Source of the DNA: an uncultured Candidatus Rokubacteria bacterium
GTDB lineage: Bacteria > Methylomirabilota > Methylomirabilia > Rokubacteriales > CSP1-6
DNA length: 64,000 bases
NCBI GenBank assembly: GCA_963762145.1
Contig: CAVXJS010000021.1
Coordinates: forward strand, 480,001-544,000
Direction: 5' to 3'
Program-made: the position numbers and the translations under genes
Notes under the pieces: generated by a model
Databases searched by the model: none
Seen by the model: only the letters and a program-made list of their open reading frames with translations
Told to the model about the DNA's origin: nothing
In this document: positions 17,255 to 25,315 of the stretch, piece by piece
How positions within the stretch are numbered: the first letter of the stretch is position 1
Layout: each line of letters starts with the position of its first letter

Positions 17255-19329
17255 AGGCCCCCACCCGGAGTCAGCGCACGCGTCTGCTCGCGAGCGCGGC
17301 GCCCGCGCTCGGCGTCGCGCTCGTGCTCACCGCCGCCTCGCTCTGGGGGTTCCTCGCCGCCACCCGCGCGCGGGTCGGCGACCTGCTCTTCAACGCGCGC
17401 CCGGCCCAGACCGCGCGCTCCACCGTGATCGTGGGCATCGACGAGAAGAGCTACCAGGCGCTGCTCGGGCGCCACGGCCCGCTCTCGGCCTGGCCCCGCA
17501 CGCTCTACGCCGACGCCCTCGACGCCCTCCGGCCCGCCGCCCCGCGCGTGGTAGCCTTCGCGATCTTCTTCGACGCGCAGCGGCCCGAGGACGGCGCGCT
17601 CGCCGAGGCGATGCGTCGCGCCGGCAACGTGGTCGTGCCCGTGGTGGCGCAGGGGGCGAGGGCCTTCGATCCGCGCCCGGGCGTCGCCCAGGAGTTCGAG
17701 ACCTTCGTCCGGCCGGCCGCCACCGTGCGGAGCGCGGCGGTGGACGAGGGGCTGGCCAACATCACCACCGGGCGGGACAGCGTGGTCCGGCGCCTTCCCC
17801 TCCTCCTCCGCGCCGGCGGCGAGGAGCTGCCGAGCCTGGCCCTCACCATCGTGGCGCGCTTCACGCGCCGGCCGGTCGTCCTGGACGCGCACGCGGAGCC
17901 CGGCCTCCTCCACGCGGCGGGCCGGACGATTCCGGTCGCGGAGCACGACACGATGCTGATCGATTTTCTCGGCCCGCCGTCCGAGCCGGGGGGCGCCGGG
18001 CCCTTCCCGATTCTCTCGTTCGTGGACGTGCTCGAAGGCCGCTTCGATCCCGCGCTGGTCCGCGACCGCATCGTGCTGCTGGGCCCGACCATCCGGGGCG
18101 TGGACGAGCACGCTACTCCGACCACCGGCGACACGCGGATGTGGGGCGTCGAGATCCTGGGCAACGCGGTCGAGACGGTGCTGTATCAGCGCTTCCTCTC
18201 GCCCGTCGGGCCCGGCACCACCGCCATCCTGATCGGGGGCATGGCCCTGCTCGCCGCGCTCGTGGTCGCGACGTGGCGGCCCCTGCCCGCCGGGCTGGCG
18301 GTCGCGGCCGGGCTCGCCCTCTACGGGACCGCGGCGGCCCTGCTCTTCGAGCGCGGCGTCGTGCTGGACCTGGTCTACCCGCCGGCCGCGCTGCTGATCA
18401 GCTTCGCGGCCGCGCTCTCCTCGCGCCTCGTTCTGGAGCAGGCGGAGCAGCGAATAGTCCGGGAGGCGATGGGCCGCTATCTCTCGCCCGCGGTGAGCCA
18501 GTGGGTCCTCGCCGATCCGGACCGTTTGCGGCTCGGCGGCGAGACGCGAGAGATGACGGTGCTCTTCAGCGACCTCCGTCAGTTCACCACGCTCGCCCAC
18601 GCGCTGCCTCCCGCGACGCTGGTGGCCCTGCTCAACACCTACCGCACCGGGATGGCGGACGTGGTCTTCCGCCACGACGGCGTGCTCGCCCAGTACGCGG
18701 GCGACGCCATCGAGGCCTTCTGGAACGCGCCGATGGACCAGGCCGACCACGCGCGGCGCGCCTGTCTGACCGCGCTCGACATGGTGGCGGCGCTCGCGAC
18801 GCTGCGCCCGCAGTTCGAGGCGCGGGGCTGGGCCCATCTCGACCTGGGCGTGGGGATCAACACCGGGCAGATGGTGGTGGGCAACATGGGCTCGAAGGAT
18901 CGCCTGATCTACACCGCGGTCGGCGATCCGGTGAACGTGGCCGCGCGGCTCGAGGGGCTCTCCAAGGAATACGGCGTGCGGATCGTGGTGGGCGAGGCCA
19001 CCGTCGCCGCCGAGCCGCGGGCCCTCGTCTACCGCATCCTCGACCGGGTCGCGGTCAAGGGGCGTGGCGAGCCGCTCACCTGCTACGAGGTGCTCGCGCG
19101 CGCGGGCGCGCTCGATCCCGCGGGCGAGCGCCGGCTCGCGCGCTACCACGAGGCCCTCGCGCTCTACCGCGCGCGGCGATGGGCCGAGGCGATCCGCCTG
19201 CTCGACGAGCTCGGCGCCGAGGCGCCCACCGACGGGCCCATCGCGCTCTACCAGCGGCGCGCGCGCGCCCTGCTCACGGATCCGCCCCCCGCCGACTGGG
19301 ACGGCGTCTTCGTCGCGGAGTCGAAGTAG
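17251..19329 (+). CDS. CHASE2-domain class III adenylate/guanylate cyclase with C-terminal TPR-like helix
   Basis: IVGIDEKS, WPR, DSVVRR, GVEI; three TMs; SDLRQFT, GDA, VNVAARLEG, VKGR, WDGVF. Confidence 0.92.
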   Translation: MKAPTRSQRTRLLASAAPALGVALVLTAASLWGFLAATRARVGDLLFNARPAQTARSTVIVGIDEKSYQALLGRHGPLSAWPRTLYADALDALRPAAPRVVAFAIFFDAQRPEDGALAEAMRRAGNVVVPVVAQGARAFDPRPGVAQEFETFVRPAATVRSAAVDEGLANITTGRDSVVRRLPLLLRAGGEELPSLALTIVARFTRRPVVLDAHAEPGLLHAAGRTIPVAEHDTMLIDFLGPPSEPGGAGPFPILSFVDVLEGRFDPALVRDRIVLLGPTIRGVDEHATPTTGDTRMWGVEILGNAVETVLYQRFLSPVGPGTTAILIGGMALLAALVVATWRPLPAGLAVAAGLALYGTAAALLFERGVVLDLVYPPAALLISFAAALSSRLVLEQAEQRIVREAMGRYLSPAVSQWVLADPDRLRLGGETREMTVLFSDLRQFTTLAHALPPATLVALLNTYRTGMADVVFRHDGVLAQYAGDAIEAFWNAPMDQADHARRACLTALDMVAALATLRPQFEARGWAHLDLGVGINTGQMVVGNMGSKDRLIYTAVGDPVNVAARLEGLSKEYGVRIVVGEATVAAEPRALVYRILDRVAVKGRGEPLTCYEVLARAGALDPAGERRLARYHEALALYRARRWAEAIRLLDELGAEAPTDGPIALYQRRARALLTDPPPADWDGVFVAESK

Positions 19330-19433
19330 ACGGTTGGAAGGATGTGCCGCGCCGGTAAGCCGTGCCGGTACGCTTGATCCGCAGGGCATCCGTCCTGCGC
19401 CCAGGACACCAGCGTTTCCAGGCTCTTCCGGTC

Positions 19434-19449
19434 CGGCACGGCGTTTGCC
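19434..19449 (+). promoter_or_regulatory. Sigma54 (-24/-12) promoter
   Basis: CGGCACGGCGTTTGCC: GG-N10-GC with the CAC and TTGC cores, just upstream of an AGGAGG RBS. Confidence 0.65.
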
Positions 19450-19476
19450 CCTATCCAGGGCAGGAGGTGAACTGCC

Positions 19477-19632
19477 ATGGACGAGCGACCGATGGAACCG
19501 TGTCCGCGATGCGGCGGCGACTGCCGGGCGGTCCGGCAGTTCACCCGATGGGGCCGCGCCATCACGGTGCTTTCGTGCCGGGATTGTCAGTACACGCGCC
19601 ACGCCTTGGTAACCGCGGGAGCGCAGCAGTGA
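19477..19632 (+). CDS. 51-aa zinc-ribbon microprotein (absent from the ORF track)
   Basis: AGGAGGTGA RBS; MDERPMEPCPRCGGDCRAVRQFTRWGRAITVLSCRDCQYTRHALVTAGAQQ with two CxxC motifs. Confidence 0.75.
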   Translation: MDERPMEPCPRCGGDCRAVRQFTRWGRAITVLSCRDCQYTRHALVTAGAQQ

Positions 19633-19826
19633 TCAACGTGCTCCTGCTGTTCCTCACGACCGGGGTCGCGCTGATGGTGGCCGTCACGTTGATCGTTGGA
19701 ATAGCGTGGCTCGCGATCGCGATTCCGGTCGTGCTCATCAGCGGCGCCGGCGCCGGTCTGGTCGCCTTGAATCGACGATGGGCCCGCGCACACGTCGGGA
19801 GGCCCCACGTCGGGAGGACCCGGTGA
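19629..19826 (+). CDS. 65-aa membrane protein
   Basis: GTGA overlap with the previous stop; about 45 hydrophobic residues followed by an Arg-rich tail. Confidence 0.7.
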   Translation: MINVLLLFLTTGVALMVAVTLIVGIAWLAIAIPVVLISGAGAGLVALNRRWARAHVGRPHVGRTR

Positions 19827-19874
19827 CGGAGCGCGCCGCGGGCGCCCGGCCGATTCCGTGTATCATCTCGCTCC

Positions 19875-20792
19875 ATGAAGCTCGGATTCGCGCTCCCGAC
19901 CGCGGGTGACTGGGCCACGCCGGAGAACCAGATTCGCGTCGCGCGCCAGGCCGAGGCGCTCGGCTACCATTCGCTCTGGGTCTTCCAGCGTCTGCTCTAC
20001 GCGCTCGAGCCCAAGAACGAGTACCCGCCGGTGCCGGGCAAGACGTGGCCCAAGCCGTTCGAGCGCGTCTTCGATCCGATCGTCACCCTCGCCTACGTGG
20101 CCGCGGCCACCCAGCGCATCCGCCTCGGCACCAGCGTGCTGATCATGCCGTTCTACCAGCCGGTCGTCCTCGCCAAGCAGCTCGCCACGCTGGACGTGCT
20201 CTCGGGCGGCCGCCTGGACGTGGGGCTCGGCCTCGGCTGGTCGCAGGACGAGTACGAGGCGGTCGGTGTGCCCTTCAAGCACCGGGGCCGCCGTGCCGAC
20301 GAGTTCCTCCGCTGCCTCGACGCGATCTGGAGCCAGGACGTGACCGAGTTCCACGGCGAGTTCTACCACGTGCCGCGCTCGCGGGTGGAGCCGAAGCCGG
20401 TGCAGAAGCCGCGCCCGCCCATCACCATCGGCGGCTACGGCTCGACGGTCGTGAAGCGCGCGGTGGAGCTGGGCGACGGCTTCAACGGGGGCAACGTACC
20501 GATGGCCAGCGTGGCCCCGCTGGTGAAGGAAGTGAAGGACGCGGCGGCCGCGCTCGGGAAGGACCCGGGCTCGCTCCACATTGTCTGCCGCGGCACGTAC
20601 CGCGTCCACGACAGCCCCCAGGGCTCGGACCGCCGCCCGCTCTGGGGAACGCTCGACGAGATCCGCGAGGACATCGGCCGCTATGCGGAGGCCGGCCTGA
20701 CCGAGCTGTTCCTGGAGGGCAATTTCACGCCCGGCGGCGCCTCGCTCGAGCAGGCGCTCGAGGTGATGGCGCGCCTGGCGCCCGGCCGCTGA
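19875..20792 (+). CDS. LLM-class flavin/F420-dependent oxidoreductase
   Basis: DPIVTLAYVAAAT, LGTSVLI, LDVLSGGR, PKPVQKPRPPI. Confidence 0.9.
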   Translation: MKLGFALPTAGDWATPENQIRVARQAEALGYHSLWVFQRLLYALEPKNEYPPVPGKTWPKPFERVFDPIVTLAYVAAATQRIRLGTSVLIMPFYQPVVLAKQLATLDVLSGGRLDVGLGLGWSQDEYEAVGVPFKHRGRRADEFLRCLDAIWSQDVTEFHGEFYHVPRSRVEPKPVQKPRPPITIGGYGSTVVKRAVELGDGFNGGNVPMASVAPLVKEVKDAAAALGKDPGSLHIVCRGTYRVHDSPQGSDRRPLWGTLDEIREDIGRYAEAGLTELFLEGNFTPGGASLEQALEVMARLAPGR

Positions 20793-20904
20793 CCTTGGCG
20801 AGCGAACGCTGGCGGACCCAGGTGACCGCAAGTGTCAGACTCCATGTCAGAATCTGTGAACCGCCCCTCGATGCCCACTGGGTGCCTGAAGGCAAAGCGC
20901 AGTT

Positions 20905-20949
20905 ATTTCATTAGGTTGTCCCGGGCATGGGGGCGGCACTTTTCTTGCT
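20905..20949 (+). promoter_or_regulatory. Sigma54 promoter with upstream IHF-like site
   Basis: CGGCACTTTTCTTGCT (GG 20935, GC 20947); ATTTCATTAGGTTG at 20905-20918. Confidence 0.7.
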
Positions 20950-20962
20950 CAACCTGCCTGAC

Positions 20963-21778
20963 ATGGACGACAGCCTCCCGAGCATCTTGTGTGTCGATGA
21001 CGACGTGGACGTCCTGGAACTGCTCAAGGAGTATTTTACCGAGCAGGGATTCGTCGTCCTGACCGCCACCAACGGGGTCGAGGCTTTCCTCCAGGTCAAG
21101 CGGTGGCAGCCCAAGGCTGTGATCCTCGACCTGTTCATGCCCCGCCTGGGCGGAATCGGCGCGCTGGGTCGGATCAAGGCGCTCAACCCCGACGTGGTCG
21201 TGATCCTGGTCAGCGGCATGGGCAATGCGCTCGAGCTGGTCACGGAGGCCGGCCTGAGCGTGGCCGGCGCCTTCACCAAGCCGCTCAACCTGATGCAGGT
21301 GTCCGACACGCTGGCCCGGTCCGGTGTGGTGGCCCCGGCGACCCTGGTCGCGGCGGCGGCGGCGGGTGAGCCCGTGCAGGCCAAGCGGCCGGTGCGCGCG
21401 CGTGTGCTCGTGGTGGACGACGAGCTCGAGTTCCGCAAGGTGCTCGCCGAGTACCTCGAGGACCGCGGCTTCGACGTCATCGAGGCGCAGGACGGCGAGG
21501 AGGCGCTCCTCCGGGTGCCGGACTTCCACCCGCACATCGTGCTGATGGACGTGATGATGGCGGGCATGGGCGGCGTCGAGGCCCTGAAGCGGATCAAGAC
21601 CACCGCGCCCGAGACGTGCGTGATCATGGTCACCGCGGTGGAGGACATCGACTCCGCGCGCGGAGCCCTGGCGCTCGGCGCGTCCGACTACGTGACGAAG
21701 CCGTTCAGCTTCCAGTATCTCGACTCGGTGCTCGAGGTCCACATGCTGATGGACCACATCGACCCGAAGTCGAGCTAG
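20963..21778 (+). CDS. Tandem REC-REC response regulator without an output domain
   Basis: VDDD...LDLFMP...TKP and VDDE...MDVMM...TKP; ATG 20963 preferred because ATG 20927 lies upstream of the sigma54 motif. Confidence 0.88.
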   Translation: MDDSLPSILCVDDDVDVLELLKEYFTEQGFVVLTATNGVEAFLQVKRWQPKAVILDLFMPRLGGIGALGRIKALNPDVVVILVSGMGNALELVTEAGLSVAGAFTKPLNLMQVSDTLARSGVVAPATLVAAAAAGEPVQAKRPVRARVLVVDDELEFRKVLAEYLEDRGFDVIEAQDGEEALLRVPDFHPHIVLMDVMMAGMGGVEALKRIKTTAPETCVIMVTAVEDIDSARGALALGASDYVTKPFSFQYLDSVLEVHMLMDHIDPKSS

Positions 21779-23172
21779 CGCAGCACCCCCTCCGCCGCCT
21801 CCTCGCCCGACCGCACGCAGTCCGCGATCCCGACACCCCGGTAGGCTCCGCCCGCCAGGCGGAGGCCCGCGTGCCGCGCCACCGCCAGCTCGATGGCCTC
21901 CGCGCGCGCCGCGTGGCCCACGTGGTACTGCGGCATCGCATGCGGGTAGCGGGCGACCCGGCTGAACCGCGGCGCGCCCGTCACCCCCAGCAGCTCGCCG
22001 AGCTGCGCGCGCGCGACCTCCACCAGCGCCGCGTCGTCGGCCTCGAGCGCCGACTCGTTCAGCGCGCCGCCGATGAACACGCGCAGCAGCGCGTGGTCTT
22101 CCGGGGCGCGCCCCGGGTACTTCACGCTCGAGAAGGTGCCCGCGAAGACGGGCCGGCGCTCCACCTGCGGCACCACGAACCCGAAACCGTCGAGCGGATG
22201 GCGGATGTCGGCGCGGCGATAGGCCAGCGTCACGGTCGCGGAGGAGGCGTAGGGAATTCCCTCCAGCAGGTGCGCGAGGCCCGGGTCCACGTAACGCACG
22301 AGCCGCGCGGCCTGATGCGCCTCCGGCGACAGGATGAGCGCGTCGCCGGTGAAGACCCCGCCGCCCGCGGTGGTGACGCGCCAGCCGCCCGCGTCGCGCT
22401 CGATCGAGGCCGCCCGCTCCTTGAGGCGCACCGCTCCGGGGGGCAGCCGGGTGGCCAGCAGACGAACGAGCTCCTCCATGCCCTCGGCGAAGGTGACGAA
22501 GAGCGACCAGCGCGCGCCGCTCGTTCCCGCGTGGAGCGCCGGGGCCCGGCGGGCGGCCCGCCAGAGCGCCAGGATCACGCTGCGCTCGCGCCGCTCCATC
22601 TCGAGGAAGCGCGGCATGGTGGCGCCGAGCGAGAGCTCGTCGGGATCGGCGGTGTAGATGCCGCCGACCAGCGGCTGGGCGACGCGCTCGAGCGCCTCGC
22701 GCCCGAGCCGCCGCCGCACGAAGGCCCCGAGGCTCTCGTCGGGGGACCCGCCGCGCGGCAGCACGAGATCGCAGGCCATCCGGAGCTTGCCGGGCCACGA
22801 GAAGAGCGACGAGGCCAGGAAGGGCCCGAGCCGGGTGGGCGCCAGGAGCTGGAAGCCCTCCGGCAGCGGATGGAGCCGTCCGCGAAAGGCCACGAAGACG
22901 CGCCGGAACCGGTTGTCGGTCCCGATCAGCCGGTCCTCCACCCCGAGCCGGCGGCAGAGCGCGAGCGCCCACGGCTTCTCGGAGAGGAACGAGTCGGGCC
23001 CGCACTCGACCAGGAAGCCGTCGCGACGCTCGGTCTGGATGGTGCCGCCCAGACGATCGGCGCACTCGAGCAAGGTCAGCTCGAGTGGCCGGCCGCGCTC
23101 GCGCGCCAGCTCCACCGCCCGGTGGGCGGCCGCCAGCCCGGAGAGCCCGCCCCCGACGACGATCAGCTTCAC
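21775..23172 (-). CDS. hemY: Proto/coproporphyrinogen oxidase HemY (CgoX)
   Basis: VVGGGLSGL, ECGPDSF, FSSVKYPGRAP, MPQYHVGH, GVGIADC. Confidence 0.93.
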   Translation of the reverse strand: MKLIVVGGGLSGLAAAHRAVELARERGRPLELTLLECADRLGGTIQTERRDGFLVECGPDSFLSEKPWALALCRRLGVEDRLIGTDNRFRRVFVAFRGRLHPLPEGFQLLAPTRLGPFLASSLFSWPGKLRMACDLVLPRGGSPDESLGAFVRRRLGREALERVAQPLVGGIYTADPDELSLGATMPRFLEMERRERSVILALWRAARRAPALHAGTSGARWSLFVTFAEGMEELVRLLATRLPPGAVRLKERAASIERDAGGWRVTTAGGGVFTGDALILSPEAHQAARLVRYVDPGLAHLLEGIPYASSATVTLAYRRADIRHPLDGFGFVVPQVERRPVFAGTFSSVKYPGRAPEDHALLRVFIGGALNESALEADDAALVEVARAQLGELLGVTGAPRFSRVARYPHAMPQYHVGHAARAEAIELAVARHAGLRLAGGAYRGVGIADCVRSGEEAAEGVLR

Positions 23173-24203
23173 GACGCCGGCCCGCGCCGGACCAGGTCGG
23201 CCAGCATCGCGATGAACGCGGGGTGATCGTTGGCGGCGGCGGCGCGATGGAAGCCGATCCGGCAGGACTCGGCCACCGCCTTCGCCTCCACGTCGAGGTC
23301 GTAGAGCACCTCGACGTGATCGCAGACGAAGCCGACCGGGACGACCACGACGTCGCGCGCGCCGTCCCGCGCCAGGGTCCGGATGACGTCGGCGACGTCG
23401 GGCTCGAGCCACGCATCGCGAGGCGAGCCGCTCCGGCTCTGGTAGGCCACCGACCACCCGGCGGCCCGGCCGAGCGCGGCGGCGACGGCACGCGCCGCCG
23501 TCTCGAGCTGGGCCGCGTAGGGCGAGGCCGCCGCCATGGCCACCGGGACGCTGTGGGCGGTGAAGACGAGGCGCGCGTCGGCCCGGCGGGCGGGCTCGAT
23601 CGCGGCGAGCGCAGACCGCGCGCGGTCCGCCATCGCCTCGATGAACCGCGGATGGTCGCTCCAGGGCGGCGCGTAGACGACCTCGGGCGAGTCCGGGCCG
23701 ACCTTCTCGCGCGCCGCCGCCACGTCCTCCACGTAGCGCGACCACGAGGCCTCGGTCTGGAGCGACGAGAGGATGATGCCGAGGGCCCGGCGGCAGCCCC
23801 GGTCCTTCATCTCGGCCAGGGTCTCGTGAAGGAACGGATGCCAGTTGCGCATGCCCACCCAGACCGGCAGGGCGCGCCCGCCGGCGGCGAGCGCCGCGCG
23901 CAGCCCGTCGGCCTGGCCGCGGGTCAGCGCGTTGAGCGGCGAGCGGCCGCCCATCAGGTCGTAATGGTGCGCGACTTCCTCGAGACGCTCGGCGGGGATC
24001 CGGCGGCCCGCGGTGACGATCTGGAGAAACGGGCGGACGTCCTCCGGCCGCTCCGGGCCGCCGAAGGCGATGAGCAGGACCGCATCGATGGCCTTCTCCC
24101 TCCTTCCAGGGAGAGGGTCGGGGAGAGGCGCATGCCCGCTCGACGCCACCCCCTCACCCTCCCCTCTCCGCGTCTCGGAGGAGAGGGATTCCGAGTCGAT
24201 CAT
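23169..24203 (-). CDS. hemH: Ferrochelatase (HemH/CpfC) with a repeat-derived N-terminal insertion
   Basis: FGGPE, GGRSP, GMRNWHP, FTAHS, YQSRSG, WLEPD, GFVCDHVEVLYDLD; ATGA overlap with hemE. Confidence 0.93.
   Translation of the reverse strand: MIDSESLSSETRRGEGEGVASSGHAPLPDPLPGRREKAIDAVLLIAFGGPERPEDVRPFLQIVTAGRRIPAERLEEVAHHYDLMGGRSPLNALTRGQADGLRAALAAGGRALPVWVGMRNWHPFLHETLAEMKDRGCRRALGIILSSLQTEASWSRYVEDVAAAREKVGPDSPEVVYAPPWSDHPRFIEAMADRARSALAAIEPARRADARLVFTAHSVPVAMAAASPYAAQLETAARAVAAALGRAAGWSVAYQSRSGSPRDAWLEPDVADVIRTLARDGARDVVVVPVGFVCDHVEVLYDLDVEAKAVAESCRIGFHRAAAANDHPAFIAMLADLVRRGPAS
24090..24200. repeat. BoxC-like repeat doublet inserted in frame in hemH
   Basis: Two oppositely oriented degenerate units; 111 bp bounded by the direct repeat TCGAT (24085-24089 and 24196-24200). 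Confidence 0.75.
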
Positions 24204-25237
24204 CGAACCGAGAGCTCGTGGACGATGTCCACCAGCGCCTTCACGTGCTCGACCGGCGTGTCCTTGTGGATGCCGTGCCCGAGGTTGAACACGTGGCCCG
24301 GCCGGCCGGCCGCCCCGTCGAGGATCTCGCGGGCCGCGCGGCGGATCGCGGGCACGCCGGCCAGCAGCACCGCCGGGTCCAGGTTGCCCTGCACCGCCAC
24401 GTCGTGGCCGAGCCGGGCCCACGTGGCGCCGAGCTCCACGCGCCAGTCGAGCCCGATGACGTCGCCGCCCGCCCCTCTCATGAGCGACAGCAGCCCGCCG
24501 GTGCCCACGCCGAAGTGGATGACCGGCACGCGGGGCCGCAGGGCGGCGATCGCGCGCCGCGAGTACGGGAGCACGAAGTCGCGGTAGTCGGCGGGCGAGA
24601 GCGCGCCCACCCACGAGTCGAAGAGCTGGACCGCCTGGACGCCCGCCGCGATCTGCCCGTTGAGGTACTCGGCGGTGATGTCCGCGAGCCGCGTCATCAT
24701 CGCGGCCCACGCCTCGGACTCCTCGCGCATGAAGGTCTTGGTGAGGAGGAACTCGCGGGAGGGCCCGCCCTCGATCAGGTACGAGGCGAGCGTGAACGGC
24801 GCGCCCGCGAAGCCGATGAGGGGCACCCGGTCGGCGAGCGCCTTGCGCACGCGCCGCACCGTCTCGAACACGAAGCCGACCGCGTCCTCCACGTCCACCG
24901 CGGGCAGCGCCCGCGCCGCCGCCGCGGAGCGCACCGGACGCTCGATGCGGGGGCCATCGCCGGGGGTGAACTCGAGCCCTGCTCCGAGCGGCTCGAGCAC
25001 GAGGAGGATGTCGGCGAAGAGGATCGCCGCGTCCACGCCCAGGCGCTCCACCGGCTGCAGGGTGACCTCCGCGGCCGCGTCGGGGCTCTTGCACAGCTCG
25101 AGGAAGCCGAGCCGCGCCCGCACCGCACGGTACTCCGGCATGTAGCGCCCCGCCTGCCGCATGAGCCAGATCGGCGTGAACGGCGTGGGCCGGCGGAGAC
25201 ACGCGTCGAGGAAGGCGGCGGGAACGGCCGGCGACAT
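24200..25237 (-). CDS. hemE: Uroporphyrinogen decarboxylase
   Basis: WLMRQAGRYMPEY, AILFADI, QLFDSW, QGNLDP, FNLGHG. Confidence 0.97.
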   Translation of the reverse strand: MSPAVPAAFLDACLRRPTPFTPIWLMRQAGRYMPEYRAVRARLGFLELCKSPDAAAEVTLQPVERLGVDAAILFADILLVLEPLGAGLEFTPGDGPRIERPVRSAAAARALPAVDVEDAVGFVFETVRRVRKALADRVPLIGFAGAPFTLASYLIEGGPSREFLLTKTFMREESEAWAAMMTRLADITAEYLNGQIAAGVQAVQLFDSWVGALSPADYRDFVLPYSRRAIAALRPRVPVIHFGVGTGGLLSLMRGAGGDVIGLDWRVELGATWARLGHDVAVQGNLDPAVLLAGVPAIRRAAREILDGAAGRPGHVFNLGHGIHKDTPVEHVKALVDIVHELSVR

Positions 25238-25315
25238 GCTGCCCGAAGCCTACAGGCGGGTACTGGCGCAGTCAAGGAAGCGGGGCTATCATCCGGCAGC
25301 GAGGAGGCTCTCCCA

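Noticed and set aside
20927-20962. Upstream ATG for the response regulator
   Set aside because: The extension overlaps the sigma54 motif, and ATG 20963 starts right at the REC domain
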